The notes beneath the pieces were generated by a model. The model was not told where the DNA came from. It saw nothing but the letters and a program-made list of their open reading frames with translations, and did no database searches. Positions 6,470 to 14,303 of a stretch of DNA of 32,000 nt are shown here, in pieces; within the stretch, counting starts at the first letter, position 1, and every line of letters starts with the position of its first letter. The DNA is from Ramlibacter sp. GTDB taxonomy: Bacteria; Pseudomonadota; Gammaproteobacteria; Burkholderiales; Burkholderiaceae_C. The DNA lies in the NCBI RefSeq assembly GCF_035548915.1, contig NZ_DASZSE010000028.1, forward strand, positions 65,223-97,222, read 5' to 3'. A program made the translations under genes and the position numbers.

Positions 6470-8314
6470 ATGACGAGCGTGCATTCCCCCCTGCAGGCGC
6501 AGGTCGTCCAGTGGGTGGCCGCGACCGGCGACTTCGTGCGCGAAGGCGACCTGCTGGTCGTGCTGGAGGCGATGAAGATGGAGCACGAAGTGCGAAGCCC
6601 CGTGGCGGGGACGCTCGGCCAGACGCTGTTCGCGAACGGCGAGCAGGTGCGCGAAGGCGATGTGCTCGCGGTGGTGGAGCCCGCGGGGCGGGGGGCGGCG
6701 AGCGATGCCCCCACCCCGGCTCTCCCCCCGAGGGGGACGGAGCCCGAGACTGCTCCCGCCCCCTCCGGGGAAGAGCCGGGGTGGGGGCATCCGCGCGGCG
6801 ACCTCCAGCGCGCCATCGACCGGCACTCGCTCACGCAGGATGAAGCCCGCCCCGATGCCGTCGCCAAGCGCCATGCCCTCGGCCTGCGCACCGCGCGAGA
6901 GAACATCGCCGGCCTGTGCGACCGCGACTCCTTCGTCGAGTACGGCGCGCTCGCCCACGCCGCGCAGCGCGGCCGCCGAACCCTGGAGGACCTCATCCGC
7001 AACACGCCGGCCGACGGCATGGTGACGGGCATCGGCAGCATCGAGGGCCATCGCGCCGTCGTGATGGCCTACGACGCGACCGTGCTCGCGGGCACGCAGG
7101 GCTTTCGCAACCACGCGAAGACCGACCGCATGCTGGAAATCGCGTTGCGCAACAAGCTGCCCGTGGTGCTCTTCGCCGAGGGCGGCGGCGGGCGGCCGGG
7201 CGATACCGACATGCCGGTGGTTGCGGGGCTGCACGTCACGACCTTCGCCTCGTTCGCACGGCTCAACGGCCGGGTGCCGGTGCTCGGCATCGTCGCGGGC
7301 CGCTGCTTCGCGGGCAACGCCGCGCTCCTCGGCTGCTGCGACACGATCGTCGCCACGCGCGCGAGCAACATCGGCATGGGCGGACCGGCCATGGTGGAAG
7401 GCGGCGGCCTCGGCGTCTACCAGCCCGAAGAGATCGGACCGAGCCGCGTGCAGCATGCGAACGGCGTGATCGACATCCTGGTCGATGACGAGGCGCAGGC
7501 CGTGCGCGAGGCCAAGCGCTATCTGTCGTACTTCCGCGGCGCGGCGCGCGAATTCGCATCGCCGGATTCGCGCGCCTTGCGCGACGTCGTGCCGGAAAAC
7601 CGGCTTCGCGTCTACGACAGCCGTTTCGCCATCGCGGGCATTGCGGATGAGAAGAGCGTGCTCGAACTGCGCACGGGTTTCGGCCGCGGCATCCACACCG
7701 CGCTCGCCCGCATCGAGGGCCGCCCCGTCGGCATCCTCGCGAACAATCCGCTGCACCTGGGCGGCGCGATCGATGCCGACGCCGCGGACAAGGCCGCGCG
7801 TTTCATGCAACTGTGCAACGCGCACGGGCTGCCGCTCGTGAGCCTCGTGGACACACCGGGCTTCATGGTCGGCCCGAACATCGAGGAAGCCGCGCAGGTG
7901 CGCCACGTGAGCCGCATGTTCATCGCCGCCGCGCATTTGCGCGTGCCGTTTTTCGCGGTCGTCCTGCGCAAGGGCTATGGCCTGGGCGCGATGGCGATGA
8001 CGGCGGGCGGCTTCCATTCGCCGGACGGCATCGCCGCGTGGCCGACCGGCGAGTTCGGGGCGATGGGGCTGGAAGGCGCGGTGCGGCTCGGCTACCGCAA
8101 GGAACTCGAGGCCGCGGCCGAAGGCCCCGAGCGGGACGCCCTCTTCGATGCGCTCGTGGCGAAGCAATACGAGAACGGCGAGGCACTCAACATGGCCGCG
8201 ACGCTGGAGATCGATGCGGTGATCGATCCGGCGCAGACGCGCGAGTGGCTGTCTCGCGGGCTCGCTTCCGCGCAGGTACGCCCCGCGAGCGGCCTGTCGA
8301 TCGACAGCTGGTGA
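6470..8314 (+). CDS. fusion protein: N-terminal biotinyl (BCCP) domain plus acyl-CoA carboxylase beta-type carboxyltransferase domain (614 aa)
   Basis: The real start is Met441 of ORF 5150..8314(+). Residues 1-71 form a biotinyl domain with an EAMKME motif (Lys36, nt 6575-6577). From about residue 110 a PccB/AccD5-like carboxyltransferase follows (LTARENIAGLCD..SFVEYG, VVMAYDATVLAGTQG, FAEGGGGRPGD, SLVDTPGFMVGP, RKGYGLGAMAM). Confidence 0.85.
   Translation: MTSVHSPLQAQVVQWVAATGDFVREGDLLVVLEAMKMEHEVRSPVAGTLGQTLFANGEQVREGDVLAVVEPAGRGAASDAPTPALPPRGTEPETAPAPSGEEPGWGHPRGDLQRAIDRHSLTQDEARPDAVAKRHALGLRTARENIAGLCDRDSFVEYGALAHAAQRGRRTLEDLIRNTPADGMVTGIGSIEGHRAVVMAYDATVLAGTQGFRNHAKTDRMLEIALRNKLPVVLFAEGGGGRPGDTDMPVVAGLHVTTFASFARLNGRVPVLGIVAGRCFAGNAALLGCCDTIVATRASNIGMGGPAMVEGGGLGVYQPEEIGPSRVQHANGVIDILVDDEAQAVREAKRYLSYFRGAAREFASPDSRALRDVVPENRLRVYDSRFAIAGIADEKSVLELRTGFGRGIHTALARIEGRPVGILANNPLHLGGAIDADAADKAARFMQLCNAHGLPLVSLVDTPGFMVGPNIEEAAQVRHVSRMFIAAAHLRVPFFAVVLRKGYGLGAMAMTAGGFHSPDGIAAWPTGEFGAMGLEGAVRLGYRKELEAAAEGPERDALFDALVAKQYENGEALNMAATLEIDAVIDPAQTREWLSRGLASAQVRPASGLSIDSW
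6707..6788. repeat. 82-bp near-perfect palindromic (REP/MITE-like) element embedded in frame in the BCCP-CT linker
   Basis: GCCCCCACCCCGGCTCT CCCCCCGAGGGGGACGGAGC ccgagact GCTCCCGCCCCCTCCGGGGA AGAGCCGGGGTGGGGGC. The outer 17-bp arms are perfectly complementary. The inner 20-bp arms match at 16 of 20 positions, around an 8-nt centre. The element encodes APTPALPPRGTEPETAPAPSGEEPGWG. Confidence 0.8.
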
Positions 8315-8336
8315 TCGGGCCGCGAGACGCCCAGCG

Positions 8337-9302
8337 CTATCGCAGCAGCGCCACCGCGCCGGAGAAGGTGAGAAAGGACACCGCCGTCGTGAGCAGGATG
8401 ATGCGCGCGATGCGGCCGGTGTCCGCGCCGAAGCGCTCGGCCAGCAGCGACACGTTGCTCGCACTCGGAAGTGCGGCGACGAGCACCATGACGGTGAGCG
8501 TGAAGCGTTCCAGCGGCACCCCCGCGGCACGCGCGAGCGTGCCGGCACCGAACACCAGCAGCGGATGCACGAGCAGCTTCGCGGCCGCCACCGGCACGAA
8601 ATCGCGCGCGGCGGTGGGCGCGTGTTCCTGCTGCGCGGCGAGGAACTGCGAACGCGCGAGCACGGCGCCGATGGTGAAGAGGGCCACCGGCGACGCCGAG
8701 TCGCCGAGCAGGCCGATCGTGTTCATGATCGGCCCGAGCGGCTGCAGGCCGAGCGCGGAGGAGAGCGCGCCCAGCACGATGGCCCAGGGCATCGGGTTGA
8801 TCGCCATCCCCCGCAGCGCTTTCTTCGCCGCGGCCGCGGCGCCGTGTTCGCCGGCCGCATCGAGCCGCGACAACGCGATGCACAGCGAACTCGTGACGAG
8901 GAGATCCACGAGGATCGTGAGGATGGCGGGACCCGCGGCCTTCGCGCCGAGCAGCGCCACGAGCAGCGGCACGCCCATGAAGCCCGTGTTGGGGAATGCG
9001 GCCACGAGCGCGCCGAACGCGGCGTCGTTCCAGCGAATCCGCTCGTTCATGCTGAATTTCACGGTGGCGGCCACCATGAGCAACGCGCACGCGAGATACA
9101 CCACGAGCGCCGACGCATCGAGCAGCTTCGCCACGGGCGTGCCCGCGCCGAAGCGATAGAGCATGCACGGCAGCGCGAAATAGAGCACGAAGGCGTTGAG
9201 CCCGCCGATCGCCTCGATCGGCAGCATGCGATGCCGCGCCGCGACGTAGCCCGCGAGCACGAGCGCGAAGAAGGGGAACGTGACGCGCAGGATGTCAAGC
9301 AC
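8337..9302 (-). CDS. AEC (auxin efflux carrier) family membrane transporter, 321 aa
   Basis: ORF track 8337..9302(-). The protein is polytopic and hydrophobic, with the family-typical N-terminus (FPFFALVLAGYVAAR) and NTGFMGVPL motif. It is convergent with the CT gene (22-nt gap). Confidence 0.85.
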   Translation of the reverse strand: MLDILRVTFPFFALVLAGYVAARHRMLPIEAIGGLNAFVLYFALPCMLYRFGAGTPVAKLLDASALVVYLACALLMVAATVKFSMNERIRWNDAAFGALVAAFPNTGFMGVPLLVALLGAKAAGPAILTILVDLLVTSSLCIALSRLDAAGEHGAAAAAKKALRGMAINPMPWAIVLGALSSALGLQPLGPIMNTIGLLGDSASPVALFTIGAVLARSQFLAAQQEHAPTAARDFVPVAAAKLLVHPLLVFGAGTLARAAGVPLERFTLTVMVLVAALPSASNVSLLAERFGADTGRIARIILLTTAVSFLTFSGAVALLR

Positions 9303-9337
9303 GGGGGAATTGTCTCAGCTCGCTATGATTGCGCGCG

Positions 9338-11389
9338 ATGTCCGGCCTGAATCTCGCACAACAAGAAGCAGTCAATCACATGCACGGGCCCTGCCTCGTG
9401 CTCGCGGGGGCCGGAAGCGGCAAGACGCGCGTGATCACGCACAAGATCGCCCGGCTGATCCAGTCCGGGCTGGAGGCGAAGCGCATCGCGGCGATCACCT
9501 TCACGAACAAGGCCGCCGCCGAAATGCGCGAACGCGCGAAGTCGCTCGTGGGCCGGCCGGCGAAGGAAGTGATGATCTGCACCTTCCACGCGCTCGGCGT
9601 GCGCCTCTTGCGCCAGGAAGGCGCGTCGCTCGGCCTGAAGCCGCAGTTCTCCATTCTCGACACCGACGACGTCACCTCGATCCTGAAGGATGCGGGCGGC
9701 ACGACGGATGCCGCCACCGCCCGCCAGTGGCAGTGGGCGATCTCGCTGTGGAAGAACATGGGGCTCGATGCCGCCGAGGCCGAAGCGCAGGCGAAGGACG
9801 ACAACGAACGCGTGACGGCGCGCATCATGGCGCGCTACGAAGAGCGGCTTTCGGCCTATCAGAGCGTGGACTTCGACGACCTGATCGGGTTGCCGCTGAA
9901 GCTGCTGCGCGATCACGCGGACGTGCGCGAGCGCTGGCAGCAGCTCCTCGGCCACGTGCTCGTCGACGAGTACCAGGACACCAACGCCACGCAGTACGAA
10001 CTCCTGAAACTGCTCGTGGGCGAACGCGGCCGCTTCACCGCGGTCGGCGACGACGACCAGTCGATCTACGGCTGGCGCGGCGCGACGCTCGACAACCTGC
10101 GCAAGCTTCCCGAGGATTGGCCCGCGCTCAAGGTCGTGAAGCTGGAGCAGAACTACCGCTCCACCGGCGCGATCCTGCGAGCCGCGAACAACGTGATCCA
10201 GCCGAACCCGAAACTCTTTCCGAAAACGCTGTTCTCCGAACTCGGCGAGGGCGAGCCCGTGCGCATCGTCGACTGCGACAACGAGGAACACGAGGCCGAA
10301 CGGCTCGTCTCGCGCATCCAGTCGATCCGCGCCAACGGCATGGGCAAGGATTGGAAGGACTTCGCCGTGCTCTATCGCGCGAACCACCAGGCGAGAGTCT
10401 TCGAGCAGGCGCTGCGCAAGGCGCAGATTCCGTACAAGGTCTCCGGCGGGCAGAGCTTCTTCGACCGCGCGGAGATTCGCGACCTCTGCGCCTGGCTGCG
10501 CCTGTGGGTCAACAACGACGACGATCCGGCCTTCCTGCGCGCCGTGACGACGCCCAAGCGGGGCATCGGCCACCAGACGCTGCAGTCGCTCGGCACGTTC
10601 GCCTCCAGGTACAAGCTCTCTCTCTTCGAGGCGCTGTTCTCGTCGTCGCTCGGCTCGGCATTGAGCGCGCGCGCGGTGGGGAGCCTGCACGAGTTCGGGC
10701 GCTACGTGAACGACCTTCAGTTCCGCGCGCGCCACACGCTCGGCGCGGAAGACGCGCGGACTTTCCTGAACGACTGGCTGAAGGAAATCGGCTACGAGAA
10801 ACATCTCTACGACGGCGAGGAAAGCGAGAAGCTCGCCGCCGCGCGCTGGACGAACGTGATGGAGTTCTGCGACTGGATGGCGCAGCGCTGCGGCGGCCAG
10901 ATCGACGACACCGCGGGCGTGACGCTCGCGAGCGAGAAGAAGAACCTGCTGGAAGTCGCGCAGACGATCTCGCTGCTTTCCACGATCAGCGAACGCGAAC
11001 AGGATCAGAACGTGGTGACGCTCTCCACGCTGCACGCGGCCAAGGGACTCGAATGGCCGCACGTGGTGCTCGCCGGCTGCGTGGAGGGCATGCTGCCGTT
11101 CAAGCCGGAAGACGAGGGCGGCAAGGTGGTGGACCCCTCGATCGCGCAGCGCCTGCAGGAAGAGCGGCGTCTCATGTACGTGGGCATCACGCGCGCGCAG
11201 CGGTCGCTTGCCGTGAGCTGGACGAAGCGGCGCAAGAAGGGACGCGAGATGGTGGCGGCGCAGCCGAGCCGCTTCATCGCCGAGATGTCGCTCGACAAGG
11301 CGACGACGAAGGAGGATCCGCGGGAGAAGCTGAAGGCGCTGCGGGCGGAATTCGCCCGCAAGTCGGGGGCCGCGGCCACGTCGCCCTAG
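9338..11389 (+). CDS. rep: ATP-dependent DNA helicase Rep (UvrD/Rep superfamily 1), 683 aa
   Basis: ORF 9329..11389(+). The ATG at 9338 gives MSGLNLAQQEAV..GPCLVLAGAGSGKTRVITHKIA. The protein is collinear with E. coli Rep (FTNKAAAEM, VDEYQDTN, GDDDQSIYGWRGA, LEQNYRS, TLHAAKGLEWP, YVGITRAQ). Its length and its lack of a Tudor tail fit Rep rather than UvrD. A TTG at 9329 is an alternative start. Confidence 0.9.
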   Translation: MSGLNLAQQEAVNHMHGPCLVLAGAGSGKTRVITHKIARLIQSGLEAKRIAAITFTNKAAAEMRERAKSLVGRPAKEVMICTFHALGVRLLRQEGASLGLKPQFSILDTDDVTSILKDAGGTTDAATARQWQWAISLWKNMGLDAAEAEAQAKDDNERVTARIMARYEERLSAYQSVDFDDLIGLPLKLLRDHADVRERWQQLLGHVLVDEYQDTNATQYELLKLLVGERGRFTAVGDDDQSIYGWRGATLDNLRKLPEDWPALKVVKLEQNYRSTGAILRAANNVIQPNPKLFPKTLFSELGEGEPVRIVDCDNEEHEAERLVSRIQSIRANGMGKDWKDFAVLYRANHQARVFEQALRKAQIPYKVSGGQSFFDRAEIRDLCAWLRLWVNNDDDPAFLRAVTTPKRGIGHQTLQSLGTFASRYKLSLFEALFSSSLGSALSARAVGSLHEFGRYVNDLQFRARHTLGAEDARTFLNDWLKEIGYEKHLYDGEESEKLAAARWTNVMEFCDWMAQRCGGQIDDTAGVTLASEKKNLLEVAQTISLLSTISEREQDQNVVTLSTLHAAKGLEWPHVVLAGCVEGMLPFKPEDEGGKVVDPSIAQRLQEERRLMYVGITRAQRSLAVSWTKRRKKGREMVAAQPSRFIAEMSLDKATTKEDPREKLKALRAEFARKSGAAATSP

Positions 11390-11556
11390 GCAGGCGCTGC
11401 GGATTCGAAGTCCGCCCGCGCCAGGTCACGAACGCCTGCGCGCACGCACGAACGCGGAATCATACGTTCGTCTTTGCCCGCAATCGAAGGGGAACGCGCC
11501 CGATCCGCGGTGTTACTTATCAGGTAATCGCCGAACGGGCGCTGGAGCAATTCGAG

Positions 11557-12780
11557 ATGCAATCAGCAAAGACTTCCCACCGCCTGCCGAGCGCCGATTC
11601 ACCGGAGGATCGCGATGCGCAGATGAGGCGCGACCACAAGCGAGCGAATCCGGGCGATGACACCCGCGGCATGAGCGCGACCCAGATGGTGCCCCGCGCA
11701 GCTGGATCGGACGCGACGCTGCGAATGGCGGAAGGCAGCTACACGACCGTGTTCGACGGATTCGACGAACACGAACAGGTCTACGCAAAGTACAAGGCAC
11801 TCGCGGATGAAGCGTCGCGGCTCGATTCGGCACCGTGGTGGGATCGTGCCGCCGCCGCCGCACACAAGCGTGTTTCCAGTCAGTTGCACGATACCGCGCG
11901 GCAGTTGGATGCGATCGAGCAAGCCCTGCGCCCGGCGGTGCGAGCCGACATCCAGCGCATGCGTCCTCGCGTCCCGGTGACTTCCCGGGACGGCTCGACC
12001 GGGACACGGTCGGCCGCCGCAAAGCCTGGCAACGATGGCCCTGACTCGCACTACGGGAAGTTCGTCTCGCCGAGACCATCGCGATTGAGACATGAGATTT
12101 CCGATGCATTCAAGCGGAATGGAATTCCCGAGCGCTCGTGGCTCGCGAGGGCGCAAAAGCTCATCGATGGATTTTCGGACTCCCAGCCGTGCGGCAAGTC
12201 GTTCTTCGATGCCATCGACAAACACGAAGACCTCTACAAGGAGTATGGTGTTCTCATGCCCGAGCGCGAGGCACTTCATGCGCAATTGAAACGCCTGGAG
12301 CAAAGTCGCGGCTCATCGGCTTCCTCCGCGGAATGGGCCGACCTGCAAAGCCGCCTTGCGATCCTGTCCGTGAGGCTCAAGTCCATCAACGGAGAGATGG
12401 ATGAGATCGAGGGGCGTTGGAAGATCGAGATTTCCGAGATGCTGCGGTTCATTCGGCCACGGCAGAACGGGGCGCCTTCGGCCGTGATGCCAGCCCCCAC
12501 CGACCCGCATCGGGACGCCGTCGCGCAGGCTTCATGGTCGGATGAGTGCGCGTCTCATCCCGAGTCCGTGCACACGGTGCAGGAGGCCCCCGCACTCCCC
12601 GCGGTCCCTTCGATGAAGTCCGCCCCCGAGGAAGATCGGCAGCAGGGGGCAGCCCCCGAAGCTCACGCTCCCAAGCAACCGGGCAAATCGGCGGCAGCGG
12701 TCCGCGCCGAAGGACGAGACATCGTCGTCATCCATCATTGCAAGGATCACCCCAAGGGGCGCGTCATCCGCGGCGGATGA
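11557..12780 (+). CDS. orphan hypothetical protein (407 aa) with a weak internal duplication, in a lower-G+C patch
   Basis: This is the last 408 codons of the 1166-aa ORF 9280..12780(+). The ATG at 11557 is preceded by GGAG with a 9-nt spacer. The composition is protein-like (D/E/K-rich, predicted helices), whereas the antisense ORFs (11513..12109, 11599..12303) are Arg-rich. No family, signal peptide or TM helix recognised. The last roughly 100 residues are P/A-rich and less certain. Confidence 0.55.
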   Translation: MQSAKTSHRLPSADSPEDRDAQMRRDHKRANPGDDTRGMSATQMVPRAAGSDATLRMAEGSYTTVFDGFDEHEQVYAKYKALADEASRLDSAPWWDRAAAAAHKRVSSQLHDTARQLDAIEQALRPAVRADIQRMRPRVPVTSRDGSTGTRSAAAKPGNDGPDSHYGKFVSPRPSRLRHEISDAFKRNGIPERSWLARAQKLIDGFSDSQPCGKSFFDAIDKHEDLYKEYGVLMPEREALHAQLKRLEQSRGSSASSAEWADLQSRLAILSVRLKSINGEMDEIEGRWKIEISEMLRFIRPRQNGAPSAVMPAPTDPHRDAVAQASWSDECASHPESVHTVQEAPALPAVPSMKSAPEEDRQQGAAPEAHAPKQPGKSAAAVRAEGRDIVVIHHCKDHPKGRVIRGG

Positions 12781-12794
12781 CCGCATGCGGAGTC

Positions 12795-13601
12795 TTACAA
12801 CCGCAACTCGTACTCCACCGTGACCGGCGCGTGATCCGAGAAGCGCTGCCTGCGATAGATCGATTCCTTGCGCGCGAGTGACGCGACGTTCGGCGTGGCG
12901 AGGTGATAGTCGAGCCGCCACCCCACGTTGTTCGCATAGGCCTGGCCGCGATTGCTCCACCACGTGTAGCAGGCTTCCGTCGACTCGGGCTGCAGGTGCC
13001 GGTAGACGTCGACCAGGCCGGTCTCCGACATGAGCTTCGTCATCCACGCGCGCTCCTCGGGCAGGAAGCCGCTGTTCTTGCGGTTGCCGCGCCAGTTCTT
13101 CAGGTCCTGCTCCTTGTGCGCGATGTTCACGTCGCCGCACAGGATGAATTCGCGCTTCTTCTTCAGCGCGGCAAGGTAGGGATCGAACTCGTCGAGAAAG
13201 CGGAACTTCGCGGCCTGCCGCTCTTCGCCGGAAGAGCCGCTCGGAAAGTAGCAGCTGATGATGGAGAGCTTGCGTTTCGGCGAATCGAAGCGCAGTTCGA
13301 CGTAGCGGCCCTCCAGGTCGAACTCCTTGGAGCCGAAGCCCGCGATCACGTCGCTCGGCTCGTGCTTCGTGAAAGCGGCCACGCCCGAATAGCCCTTCTT
13401 CTGCGCGTAGTGAAAGTGGCCTCTGAGGCCGGCGAGCGCGTCGTACTTGCCTTCGACGTCGGCCGCCTGGGCCTTGACTTCCTGCACGCAAATACAATCC
13501 GGCTTGGTCTTTGCAAGCCAGCCTTCCACGCCTTTGCCGGCTGCCGAGCGGATGCCGTTGAGGTTCAGGCTGGTCAGTTTGAAGAAAGAAGATGTTCCCA
13601 T
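12795..13601 (-). CDS. xthA: exodeoxyribonuclease III (268 aa)
   Basis: The real start is Met32 of ORF 12795..13694(-). Motifs: LTSLNLNGIRS, CVQEVK, CGDVNIAH, YTWWS, RLDY, SDHAPV. It aligns with E. coli XthA from residue 1. Confidence 0.9.
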   Translation of the reverse strand: MGTSSFFKLTSLNLNGIRSAAGKGVEGWLAKTKPDCICVQEVKAQAADVEGKYDALAGLRGHFHYAQKKGYSGVAAFTKHEPSDVIAGFGSKEFDLEGRYVELRFDSPKRKLSIISCYFPSGSSGEERQAAKFRFLDEFDPYLAALKKKREFILCGDVNIAHKEQDLKNWRGNRKNSGFLPEERAWMTKLMSETGLVDVYRHLQPESTEACYTWWSNRGQAYANNVGWRLDYHLATPNVASLARKESIYRRQRFSDHAPVTVEYELRL

Positions 13602-14280
13602 GGTGACTGATGCGGGCCAGGACGCGCTGGCGCAGGAATTCGTGCAGTTCGCGGTCGATGCGGGGGTGCTCGCGTTCGGCGAGTTCACGACCAAGGCCGG
13701 ACGCGCGAGCCCCTACTTCTTCAACGCCGGCCTGTTCGACGACGGCGCCAAACTGGGCCGGCTCGCGCAATTCTATGCACGCCGCATCCTCGGCTCGGGC
13801 ATCGAGTTCGACATGCTGTTCGGCCCGGCCTACAAGGGCATCGCGCTCGCGGCCGCGGTGGCGATCGAACTGGCGCGCGCCGGGCGCAACGTGCCCTACG
13901 CCTACAACCGCAAGGAAGCCAAGGACCATGGCGAGGGCGGCACGCTCGTCGGCGCGCCGGTGCGCGGCCGCGTCCTGATCGTGGACGACGTCATTTCGGC
14001 GGGCACCGCCACCCGCGAATCCATCGCGCTGATCCGCGCCGCCGGGGCAACGCCGCAGGGCGTGGCGATCGCGCTGGACCGCCAGGAGAAGGCGACCGAG
14101 AACGGACATGACGTGGATCATTCCGCCGTGCAATATGTGAGAGAGCGCCTCGGCTTGCATGTTTGCGCGATTGCACGGCTTGCCGATTTGCTCCACTATC
14201 TGCGTGAGCGTCCCGGCGACACCCTCGGGGCGCACTACGAACGGGTACTCGCCTACCGGGAACGCTACGGGGTCGACTGA
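13600..14280 (+). CDS. pyrE: orotate phosphoribosyltransferase (226 aa)
   Basis: The real start is Met52 of ORF 13447..14280(+). The sequence QEFVQFAVDAGVLAFGEFTTKAGRASPYFFNAGLF matches the E. coli PyrE N-terminus. A PRPP-binding loop VLIVDDVISAGTA is present. Confidence 0.9.
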   Translation: MVTDAGQDALAQEFVQFAVDAGVLAFGEFTTKAGRASPYFFNAGLFDDGAKLGRLAQFYARRILGSGIEFDMLFGPAYKGIALAAAVAIELARAGRNVPYAYNRKEAKDHGEGGTLVGAPVRGRVLIVDDVISAGTATRESIALIRAAGATPQGVAIALDRQEKATENGHDVDHSAVQYVRERLGLHVCAIARLADLLHYLRERPGDTLGAHYERVLAYRERYGVD

Positions 14281-14303
14281 AGAAGGAAGGAAAGAAGGCT
14301 GCC

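Noticed and set aside
5150-8548. Two overlapping ORFs of 1054 aa each on opposite strands (5150..8314 + and 5384..8548 -).
   Set aside because: The identical length is a coincidence of stop-codon scarcity in high-G+C DNA. Each ORF is a real gene only in its 3' part: the BCCP-CT fusion from 6470, and the asparaginase from 6394 downward. The remaining parts are Arg/His/Ala-rich shadow frames antisense to the other gene, with no recognisable motifs.
9280-11556. The N-terminal roughly 760 codons of the 1166-aa ORF 9280..12780(+), which would make the orphan a giant protein overlapping rep.
   Set aside because: This part runs out of frame through the clearly genuine rep gene and is Arg-rich nonsense. 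Only the segment after the SD and ATG at 11557, downstream of the rep stop, is treated as coding.
11513-12303. Minus-strand ORFs 11513..12109 (198 aa) and 11599..12303 (234 aa) as alternatives to the orphan gene.
   Set aside because: Their Arg/Cys/Pro-rich composition has no protein-like periodicity or SD. The plus-strand frame has a good SD, balanced charged and hydrophobic composition, and an internal repeat.
12781-12790. Perfect 10-bp palindrome CCGCATGCGG filling the 14-nt gap between the convergent orphan and xthA stops, considered as a bidirectional terminator.
   Set aside because: As a hairpin it would have a 4-bp stem and a 2-nt loop, with no U-tract. That is too weak to call a terminator.
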